From Candidatus Nitrosopumilus koreensis AR1 (GTDB lineage Archaea > Thermoproteota > Nitrososphaeria > Nitrososphaerales > Nitrosopumilaceae), in contig NC_018655.1 of NCBI RefSeq assembly GCF_000299365.1, positions 1,380,001 to 1,412,000 of the forward strand: 32,000 bases of DNA, written 5' to 3'. The notes beneath the pieces are model-generated. The model was not told where the DNA came from. It saw only the letters and a program-made list of their open reading frames with translations, and did not search any database. This document shows, piece after piece, positions 24,801 to 30,855 of the stretch. Position numbers and translations under genes: made by a program. Positions within the stretch are counted from its first letter, which is position 1; each line of letters begins with the position of its first letter.

Positions 24801-26951
24801 AGCCTGCACACCATCATCAGTGAAACCAAATGAGAAGAAGTCAGCAACGATTACTTCTTTGTCATCAATACTGGCAATACCATTTGTGGTATGTCCAGCA
24901 CTAGCTACGTTAAACTCGAATACGAGACCCAAGTTTTGACTAGATGGATTAGTTGATGTGAACAATTCACTATCAAGTCCATTTAATGATACATAGTCTT
25001 GCATCTTAGTAGAGTTATCTACTAGCAAGAATGCATTGTTTGAAGTACCATTGAATTTATCGTTATCAGCAAGAATTGCAGTTGTTTGGTTAATTAAGAA
25101 GATAGTAACATCTGAGCCTCCAAATGATTCAACGTTATAGTTGAAGAAGTTAAAGGCTACACCTGTTGAACCTGCTTTCTTAATTGTTTTTTGCAATTCT
25201 TCCATTGTTGTTTCCAAGTCTATTATTACCGTATCAAATCCTGCAGTTGTGTTTGCAGTCTGTGAGATTATTGCTCTTTGACTGAAAGTGTCTACTGCAG
25301 CAGTAGAAGTTATGTTATTGTGGTTTGCAGATACGGATACTAGATTATACGTTACTTGATCACCAGCAGCAGGTGAAGATGAACCAATAGTACGTTCTGT
25401 TACATTGAATATTGCAACATCTGGTGCTGTGGTAACTTCACCAATGGTGAATGGATCACCGGTTTTGAGTGCTGGAATTAAGGTTACGCTTGGGTTGTCC
25501 AAATCTAAGTCTTCATCGGCTCTGCTGTTCTTGTTTTGATCAGCATCAACAATGACTACTGGAATCTCTTCACCAGAGGTCCATTCGTCATCGACTGGCT
25601 GAATATCAATACTTGCAAAGTCGAATCCTACAAGAATAGTTTGAGGTGTTTCATTGTAATCGATTGATGCGGAGGTTCCCCTCTTTGCATTATCTGTAAT
25701 CTTTAGTACTGATTTGTCAGATTCATCATAAGTACCAAAGACACCACTGTTTGGACCTTGTTCGGTGAGGGTAACTGGGATGGAACCTATACCTAACTTA
25801 GCTGTCTCATTTGTAATACCAAATGCAGATGCATTGTTGGTACTAGCAGTTGAGTTAAGTTGGTCTAAGACAGTATCGTCATTATCCTGGATTGTCAAAA
25901 CTTTTGTGCCAGAGTTTTGTGCATCGGTGTTTAATTTCAATACACAATTGTCTTCACACATCAAGTCTGACAATGTAGTTCTCAGAGATAATGCGCTTCC
26001 ACCTGAAGCACCGTTTTCATCGAATACTTGGTAAAATGTATCAACATTGAAGGATGATGTTGTATTCTTCACGTTGGTAGCAAATGTCCAAGAGTCTTCA
26101 TCAGTTGGGTCAATGTTTAACCATAAGTCAGTAACTGTTGCGTGAACTTGTGCCAATCTTGGATATACAGCTCTGTCCAAACTCAATTCGGCAAATTGAT
26201 CAACAGTATCAAAAGTAAGTGTTGTTGATTGAACACCACCACCTTTGTTGTACTGTACGACAACGTTACCTGTTGGGTTTAGAGTATAGAGTTGAACGAA
26301 AGGCCAGGCATCATCAGCAGTAAGACCGATTTGGCCTCTGTTGACGTTTGTATTGCCTGCGTTAGGATCTTTTGCTTCTCTTACAACGTTATTGGTACCA
26401 TTAGCTGTTGATCCAGTAAGGCCAGCAAGATTACATGTTGAGGTGATTGTACCACCAGAACTGCTTCCTGTTTGTGTACCGTTACCTGATCCTACTGTAA
26501 TTGGAACTGCAATACCGTTTGTTTCAGAAGTTGAGAATCCTAAAATCGATGTACCAGATGCTGCGGAACAGAATGCACCAAAGTCCAATCCAGAACCTGC
26601 TGTTGTAGCAGTAGAGTCTGCGATTTGGGCTTGGTCTCTGTCTGCAAAGTAACCATACCAGTTACCATCAACTGCTTGAAGCATTCTCAGTTTCTTGCCG
26701 TTAACAGTTACGTCTGGTTCACCTTTTGCCTCATCGGTATCATTGATGTCACTGTCAATTACGACGACCTCAATTACTTGAGGTCCTGACATGTAGTTAT
26801 CAAACTGTGAGTTTTCTGCGGAAACAAAGAGATTGGCGTTGGCTGCATGTGCAGCAGGCATTACACCTGGAACTGCAAATGTCAGTCCACCGGCAATCAT
26901 AATTGTCATTAATGTAAGACTAGTTATTTTACGTCCTATTTCGTTATTCAT
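21810..26951 (-). CDS. Very large acidic secreted protein (1713 aa), probable S-layer protein
   Basis: Signal peptide ...AVPGVMPAAHA/ANAN and no TM anchor. The composition is T/S/D/G/V-rich and strongly acidic. A recurring domain-edge motif hxhxDxDxNxDxxxxD appears many times. G+C is visibly higher than in neighbouring genes. Size and composition match my recollection of thaumarchaeal S-layer proteins. Confidence 0.7.
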   Translation of the reverse strand: MNNEIGRKITSLTLMTIMIAGGLTFAVPGVMPAAHAANANLFVSAENSQFDNYMSGPQVIEVVVIDSDINDTDEAKGEPDVTVNGKKLRMLQAVDGNWYGYFADRDQAQIADSTATTAGSGLDFGAFCSAASGTSILGFSTSETNGIAVPITVGSGNGTQTGSSSGGTITSTCNLAGLTGSTANGTNNVVREAKDPNAGNTNVNRGQIGLTADDAWPFVQLYTLNPTGNVVVQYNKGGGVQSTTLTFDTVDQFAELSLDRAVYPRLAQVHATVTDLWLNIDPTDEDSWTFATNVKNTTSSFNVDTFYQVFDENGASGGSALSLRTTLSDLMCEDNCVLKLNTDAQNSGTKVLTIQDNDDTVLDQLNSTASTNNASAFGITNETAKLGIGSIPVTLTEQGPNSGVFGTYDESDKSVLKITDNAKRGTSASIDYNETPQTILVGFDFASIDIQPVDDEWTSGEEIPVVIVDADQNKNSRADEDLDLDNPSVTLIPALKTGDPFTIGEVTTAPDVAIFNVTERTIGSSSPAAGDQVTYNLVSVSANHNNITSTAAVDTFSQRAIISQTANTTAGFDTVIIDLETTMEELQKTIKKAGSTGVAFNFFNYNVESFGGSDVTIFLINQTTAILADNDKFNGTSNNAFLLVDNSTKMQDYVSLNGLDSELFTSTNPSSQNLGLVFEFNVASAGHTTNGIASIDDKEVIVADFFSFGFTDDGVQAGERFANQIIRIEAEETGDNTSTFEGSLEYIMVNQINIQDADTFAGITPIADDPSFIVIEDLTDEDAPRVNYNDLGADGVVTPVSDQEEAPSHSGVVSFNQDSYKIADTVVITLEDLDLNVDSDLIDIFTVVEQGSGKTEDMVGSKTTQTLSFGELGRLLDVTFDDVQWETPDENTCTSDGKAATATSSLEDVLSDTGLGATGFTLIETGKETGVFVGDFQIPSFWCRNADTTTTGSPGQYESTTGLDIEVNYVDFRDASGEIVEVGDSAGVRANTGSVSLDRTVYPVPFGTVGESSATANASPNGRSVFPIHATGISGTIDSDEELPSGDLTIHVRINDPDFDVNPSGEDVMNQDDALKISVIRGSSKVVLGYAGASERNTGLIDVGDNNSTSKIRSFGEIDEIAPDAGIYELDVDIKFTDGPASTTCANHSTLYAALDGTSGTADTNRFDAAAPSGTEYCILQGDILQVEYTDPADASGSENTVTDSATFDLRNGVLQSDKSVYIIGSDMILTLIEPDLDLDNDAAETYDLDLIEWDSDAATTTMGNKGVSGAAAAFDPEPTDFRETGDSTGIFQIVIEIPDALDGDNLERGEEIVLEYTDWGPSGSDYVGDEDEDVNLTIYTSNFGATVELDQKVYTWTDKVYITIVAPDHNFDSDLVDEIGNTDKDPIKVSTRGHKLNNYKLVETGTDTGIFTGEVILTGFSAHDADGDGNTGDVTGTTTGSGPTGGFLATDDDDGLTVSFEFSEDETIVGSALIRWNIGEVQWLEASYPASGTGVVRIIDPDMNLDPEAVDNFDVDVWSDSDAGGIDLTVTETNEATGIFEGTVFFTTLDESSGHRLRVSEGDTVTAEYEDNTLPDPYTTADELDITATSLIGTVVPPLERAPAANLRTVDAFGNSLDSVSVDQQVQISADLANGQDREQPFAYLVQIQDANGVTVSLAWITGSLSAGQSFSPALSWIPTQAGTYTATAFVWESVDNPTALSPPVSTTINVR

Positions 26952-26978
26952 GTTATTGACATTTTTCTTTAAAATTAG

Positions 26979-26985
26979 TATTTAA
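26979..26985 (-). promoter_or_regulatory. TATA-like box (TTAAATA on minus strand) for the S-layer-type gene
   Basis: 27 nt separate it from ATG 26951. A second AT-rich box at 26968-26977 is an alternative. Confidence 0.35.
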
Positions 26986-27166
26986 CCGTAATGGACGAAT
27001 TGTCCACAATTGCACAAAATATTGAAATTTTTTTAGCAATTATTATATTTTGATATAATTCCTATAAAATTAGCCTATAAGAATTATATATTATACTCTA
27101 AATATTAAAATGATCGTCATATTTTTTATATTTTCAATAGATTTTATGGAATTTTTACAGCATATT

Positions 27167-27958
27167 TTATGCTTTGATCTGTTTGCCGAGGAGGCTTTTG
27201 TACAATGTTATAGCGTCGCCTTCATCTTTTGGTCCAACTACTACCGCAGATCCTTTCTTCATAAAGCTTACAGACAAATCATTAGTTCTCATCGATAACC
27301 CCAAGTCTCCTTGATTGTCTACAATGAATCCTTTTTCTTTTGCAATGTTGGTTACTTGTTCTACATTAAGATCAAATGTATCAGTTGGCGTAATGGAATA
27401 GGTTCTCTTTCCTCTATTTCTTCCACATAACTCTTCTAAAATGAATTCCTCTTTTTGTGTGACTTCAAGTTTTCCTGTTCCACAAATTGGGCATTCATCA
27501 GCTCTAAATGTTCTTGTGAAATTAAAATCAAGATTTTCTAAATCAACATGTAAAATTCTTTCAGAGAGATTTGGTTTTTTTCCAAGAATTATTTTTACAG
27601 CTTCTGCAACTTCAATTGCACCGATAATAGAAAGTATAGGAGGATGAACACCTTCAATACTACATGTTGGCATTGTATCTTCGTTTAATTCTGGAAACAT
27701 GCAAAAATAACATGCAGATTTTTTTGGCAAGATGGTAAAAGCTTGTCCAGATGTTCCAACTGCAGCACCTGTAACAAATGGAATGTTATATTTCACACAA
27801 GCTTTGTTTAATGCATATCTTGCATTAACACTATCAAGCGCGTCAATTACAACATCACATCCTTCAACAACTTCTAATGCAGTATAATCATTTATTGAAA
27901 TAGCTAGTGCTTCAATTTTACATTCAGGATTTAATTTTTGTAGTTTTTTTTGCAGCAA
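27167..27958 (-). CDS. E1-like adenylyltransferase (MoeB/ThiF/UbaA family), C-terminal two-thirds plus an unassigned 99-aa C-terminal domain; downstream part of a frameshifted gene
   Basis: LNPECKIEAL, DALDSVNARYALN, the two Zn-site pairs CYFC and CPIC, and the conserved Cys in PTCSIEGV. There is no ATG start; the frame opens only as a continuation of the upstream ORF via a +1 shift in an A8 run. Confidence 0.8.
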   Translation of the reverse strand: MLQKKLQKLNPECKIEALAISINDYTALEVVEGCDVVIDALDSVNARYALNKACVKYNIPFVTGAAVGTSGQAFTILPKKSACYFCMFPELNEDTMPTCSIEGVHPPILSIIGAIEVAEAVKIILGKKPNLSERILHVDLENLDFNFTRTFRADECPICGTGKLEVTQKEEFILEELCGRNRGKRTYSITPTDTFDLNVEQVTNIAKEKGFIVDNQGDLGLSMRTNDLSVSFMKKGSAVVVGPKDEGDAITLYKSLLGKQIKA

Positions 27959-28499
27959 CTTCTACTTTGACTTGTCCAACGTCATCTTCATCAAACATCA
28001 TTTGTCTATGCAAGTTTGATAATTCAATTACATCTCTATCAATAATTCGTAAATTTCCAACTCCCATTGTAGCTAATCTAGAAATTATTGGATGCCCTAG
28101 ACCTCCAGTTCCAACAACACATACTTTAGCATTTTTTAGTTTTAGTTGTCCACCATATCCAATTTCTTCAAGCATTACTTGTCTCGAAAATTTGTCAAGT
28201 TCTTTTGAGGATAGTTCTTCAGAGCCTCCAGCAACTGCAGGCAAAATGTAAACCTCATCACCATCTTTTAGAGGAGTTTCCATTCCAGAAGAAAATTTAG
28301 CATTCTTACCATTAATGTAGATATTAATCAAAGAACGAGGAGCCCCATTGCCTTCTAAAACTCGTCTCTTAAAATCATCACCCATCAGTTCAGAGATTTT
28401 GGCAAATGCGTCTTGCAATGAATTTGCAGACACTTCAGTTTTCTTTTCCCCCCCACCTTGATTTAGAACGGAGGGAATTGTAAATGTGATATTTGCCAT
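27924..28499 (-). CDS. MoaD/ThiS-like ubiquitin-fold domain (ending ...DGDEVYILPAVAGG) fused to the N-terminal Rossmann part of the E1-like enzyme; upstream part of a frameshifted gene
   Basis: Residues 1-93 have the beta-grasp sulfur-carrier signature with a Gly-Gly. The E1 N-terminus follows directly: LSSKELDKFSRQVMLEEIG...VVGTGGLG...DRDVIELSNLHRQ. The frame stops at 27924 after the A8 run. The ATG overlaps the ThrC-like stop (TAATG). Confidence 0.8.
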   Translation of the reverse strand: MANITFTIPSVLNQGGGEKKTEVSANSLQDAFAKISELMGDDFKRRVLEGNGAPRSLINIYINGKNAKFSSGMETPLKDGDEVYILPAVAGGSEELSSKELDKFSRQVMLEEIGYGGQLKLKNAKVCVVGTGGLGHPIISRLATMGVGNLRIIDRDVIELSNLHRQMMFDEDDVGQVKVEVAAKKTTKIKS

Positions 28500-29713
28500 T
28501 AGTTTACTACCGCCGAAATTTCTGAGATATCTGCTTTGAGTACTTTTGGTTTTTGTAGTACTTCCATAATAGATTCAGTTGCTTTAAGACCATTTCCAGT
28601 TACATAACATACAACCTTATCATTTTTGTCAATCTTACCTTGTTCTACCATTTTTTGCAATACAGAAACAGAAACTCCTCCAGCAGGTTCTGTAAATATT
28701 CCTTCAGTTTTGGCCAAGAGAAGTATTGCATCTAGAATTTCTTTGTTGTTACATTCTTCAGCAAACCCATTGTATTGTTCTAATCTTTTTAACACATATC
28801 GTCCATCTCCAGGATCACCTATTGCCAAACTTTTTGCAATAGTATCAGGATTCTCAACTGGGATTACATCTTTAGATTTTTTCTTGAATGCATCAACAAC
28901 AGGTGCACAACCATGTGGTTGTGCTGCAATCATGTGCATGTTAGATACATCACCAAGTAATGAGACATTTTGTAATTCTTCAAAGCCTTTACAAATTGCA
29001 TTAAGCATTGCACCACTACCAACTGGAACAATTAGTTGATCAGGTACACTCCATTCAAGTTGTTCTGCAACTTCATATGCCAAAGTTTTAGAGCCTTCTA
29101 CATAATGTGAACGCATGTTAATATTTACAATCCCAATTCCCTTAGAGTCACCAATTTGTGCTGCAATTCTGTTTGCATCATCATATGTTCCATCAACTGC
29201 AACATAGTTTGCACCATAAGACAAGGCTTGTGCAATCTTTGCCATTTCAATATTGCTTGGTGCAAATACATGACACGGAAAACCACCTTTTGCTGCATGA
29301 GCTGCAGTGGCTGATGCTAAATTGCCAGTTGATGCACAGCCAACTGCAGACAATCCAAATTCTTTTGCTTTTGATATTGCGACACCTGCAGGTCTATCTT
29401 TGAATGAAAATGTAGGATTTACAGAATCATTTTTTATGTATAGATTATTGAGTCCAAGTTTTTTACCCAAGTTTTCTGCTTTTGTTAATGGAGTCATTCC
29501 AGCATCAATACTAACAATGTTTGATTTTGATTCTATTGGAAGTAATTCGAAATATCTCCAATACGTATGTTCACGATTAGAAAAGGTATCTTTGGTAACA
29601 GTTGGAAAATCATATTTCACATCTAAGGGGCCAAAACAATCATCACAAATATACTTGAAAGCAGTATCATACTGTTTTTTGCATTCTCTGCATTGTAGTG
29701 ATGTTCTAGCCAA
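28499..29713 (-). CDS. Threonine-synthase-family PLP enzyme (ThrC-like) with N-terminal Cys4 zinc ribbon
   Basis: PLP-lysine motif NPTFSFKDRPAG, GCASTGN, PVGSGAM, and the ribbon CRECKK...CDDC. A TTG start is obligatory because an in-frame TAG lies 18 nt upstream. GGAGG sits 11 nt upstream. Sequence alone cannot tell whether this is the housekeeping ThrC or a sulfur-carrier-dependent paralog. Confidence 0.8.
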   Translation of the reverse strand: MARTSLQCRECKKQYDTAFKYICDDCFGPLDVKYDFPTVTKDTFSNREHTYWRYFELLPIESKSNIVSIDAGMTPLTKAENLGKKLGLNNLYIKNDSVNPTFSFKDRPAGVAISKAKEFGLSAVGCASTGNLASATAAHAAKGGFPCHVFAPSNIEMAKIAQALSYGANYVAVDGTYDDANRIAAQIGDSKGIGIVNINMRSHYVEGSKTLAYEVAEQLEWSVPDQLIVPVGSGAMLNAICKGFEELQNVSLLGDVSNMHMIAAQPHGCAPVVDAFKKKSKDVIPVENPDTIAKSLAIGDPGDGRYVLKRLEQYNGFAEECNNKEILDAILLLAKTEGIFTEPAGGVSVSVLQKMVEQGKIDKNDKVVCYVTGNGLKATESIMEVLQKPKVLKADISEISAVVN

Positions 29714-29739
29714 GATCAGTTTTTCCTCCTAAATCATAC

Positions 29740-29747
29740 ATAAAAAA
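29740..29747 (-). promoter_or_regulatory. TATA-like box (TTTTTTAT on minus strand) for the ThrC-like/Ubl-E1 operon
   Basis: 26 nt separate it from TTG 29713. Confidence 0.3.
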
Positions 29748-29757
29748 TCCTAATATC

Positions 29758-29778
29758 AAATTAAGTAATACTTAATTT
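29758..29778. promoter_or_regulatory. Perfect 10+1+10 palindrome AAATTAAGTA-a-TACTTAATTT upstream of the ThrC-like operon
   Basis: All ten base pairs were checked by hand. It lies 10-30 bp upstream of the putative TATA box, a position typical of archaeal activator sites. Confidence 0.35.
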
Positions 29779-29929
29779 TAGTGTATAAAAAATATAGTAA
29801 AAAACTATCAAAAATACCTAGAAAATAGATGTCAAAAATGAAACCATATGTATTTTCTACAAAAAACTAGATTTTAATAGATTTTATACAATAAGGAAGG
29901 TTTTTAGTGATTTTTTATTAATCTGTTTT

Positions 29930-30502
29930 ATGAATGGCAAAGTCATAATTCCCATCATTGCTGTAGTAATTGCAATAGTTGCAATGATTGCAATTAATTT
30001 TGAACAACCAGAAACCATGGAGGTTGAGGATACGGTAAATAAGGAATTGGATCCAATTGAAGAAACAATACCAGAAATTCAAGAAAAATTAGAAGACATT
30101 GAAAAAATAAATCTTGAAAACGAATACACACCAAAAGAGAGAGAGTGGATTACTTCAGGACCATTTCAAATTGATCGAACTGAATATGTGTTGGGAGAGA
30201 AAATTTTTCTCAGAATTGGCGGATTAGATTATGAAGAAAAAGGTCAAGTTGTATTTTTAAAACCAAAAAACAGTACACATTACGAAGTTTATTTATCAAT
30301 TCCATTTGACGGGGCAGAAAAACCAGCATTCAATTATTATTTACAACCACAGCTTTCAAAATCAAGTGGATATTGTTCTGTGGATGAATTTGTAGGAGAA
30401 TGGAGAGTTGTTTTTAGAGGGACCGATTACCCTAATTTAGAATTTAAAATCATAAATAAGATACTTCCAGGAGATGAAGAGAGTTATCAACCTGTTTGCT
30501 AA
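29930..30502 (+). CDS. Hypothetical membrane-anchored protein (N-terminal TM helix, acidic linker, beta-rich ectodomain)
   Basis: 190 aa. TM helix VIIPIIAVVIAIVAMIAI, then the acidic stretch EQPETMEVEDTVNKELDPIEETIPEIQEKLEDIE. No recognisable family motif. Confidence 0.6.
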   Translation: MNGKVIIPIIAVVIAIVAMIAINFEQPETMEVEDTVNKELDPIEETIPEIQEKLEDIEKINLENEYTPKEREWITSGPFQIDRTEYVLGEKIFLRIGGLDYEEKGQVVFLKPKNSTHYEVYLSIPFDGAEKPAFNYYLQPQLSKSSGYCSVDEFVGEWRVVFRGTDYPNLEFKIINKILPGDEESYQPVC

Positions 30503-30503
30503 T

Positions 30504-30839
30504 TTATTTTTCAAGTGAGTTATGAAAACATACTCTCTCTCCAGTGTGACATGCAGGTCCCGATGGTTCAACAAGATAAATAATGGCATCAGAATCACAA
30601 TCGACAAGAATTTCTTTGACTTTTTGAGTATTACCAGATTCTTCACCTTTCATCCAAAGTTTGTTTCTAGAACGACTGAAAAACCAAGAGTTACCAGTTT
30701 TCTTTGTTAGTTCCAATGATTCCTTGTTTGAATATGCAAGAGTAAGTACATCTTTGGTGTTTGCATCTTGAACAATAATTGGAATCAGCCCTCCACTTTT
30801 TTCAAAATCAATTTCTTCAATTGTTTTATCCATAGACAC
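30504..30839 (-). CDS. hisI: Phosphoribosyl-AMP cyclohydrolase
   Basis: GGLIPIIVQD, WMKGEESGN, DCDSDA and ACHTGERVCF motifs. The track start is GTG 30839; ATG 30833 is two codons downstream. Confidence 0.9.
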   Translation of the reverse strand: MSMDKTIEEIDFEKSGGLIPIIVQDANTKDVLTLAYSNKESLELTKKTGNSWFFSRSRNKLWMKGEESGNTQKVKEILVDCDSDAIIYLVEPSGPACHTGERVCFHNSLEK

Positions 30840-30855
30840 TCATGACAGGATTTCT

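Noticed and set aside
22516-26652. Seven antisense ORFs (six plus-strand and one minus-strand alternative frame, 23924-24151) inside the S-layer-type gene, several of them Ser/Pro/Val-rich
   Set aside because: These are shadows of a 1713-codon ORF with biased composition; none has promoter or start context.
26991-27020. Short inverted repeats (GGAC-gaatt-GTCC, CAATTG) upstream of the S-layer promoter
   Set aside because: The arms are only 4-6 bp, well within chance expectation, so this is not reported as a regulatory site.
27110-27298. Plus-strand 62-aa ORF in and beyond the S-layer/E1 intergenic region
   Set aside because: It is an AT-rich, Phe/Ile-rich shadow that overlaps the E1 3' end and has no supporting signals.
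29830-29871. 13-codon ORF (MSKMKPYVFSTKN) in the 29714-29929 intergenic region
   Set aside because: It is too short, has no terminator or promoter context comparable to the 30-codon ORF at 11463-11555, and is likely fortuitous.
27136-29888. Identical 12-mer AATAGATTTTAT at 27136-27147 and 29877-29888 flanking the ThrC-like/Ubl-E1 operon, which could suggest a cassette boundary
   Set aside because: In sequence this AT-rich, my rough estimate is that very many 12-mer coincidences are expected per 32 kb. There is no extended similarity around the matches.
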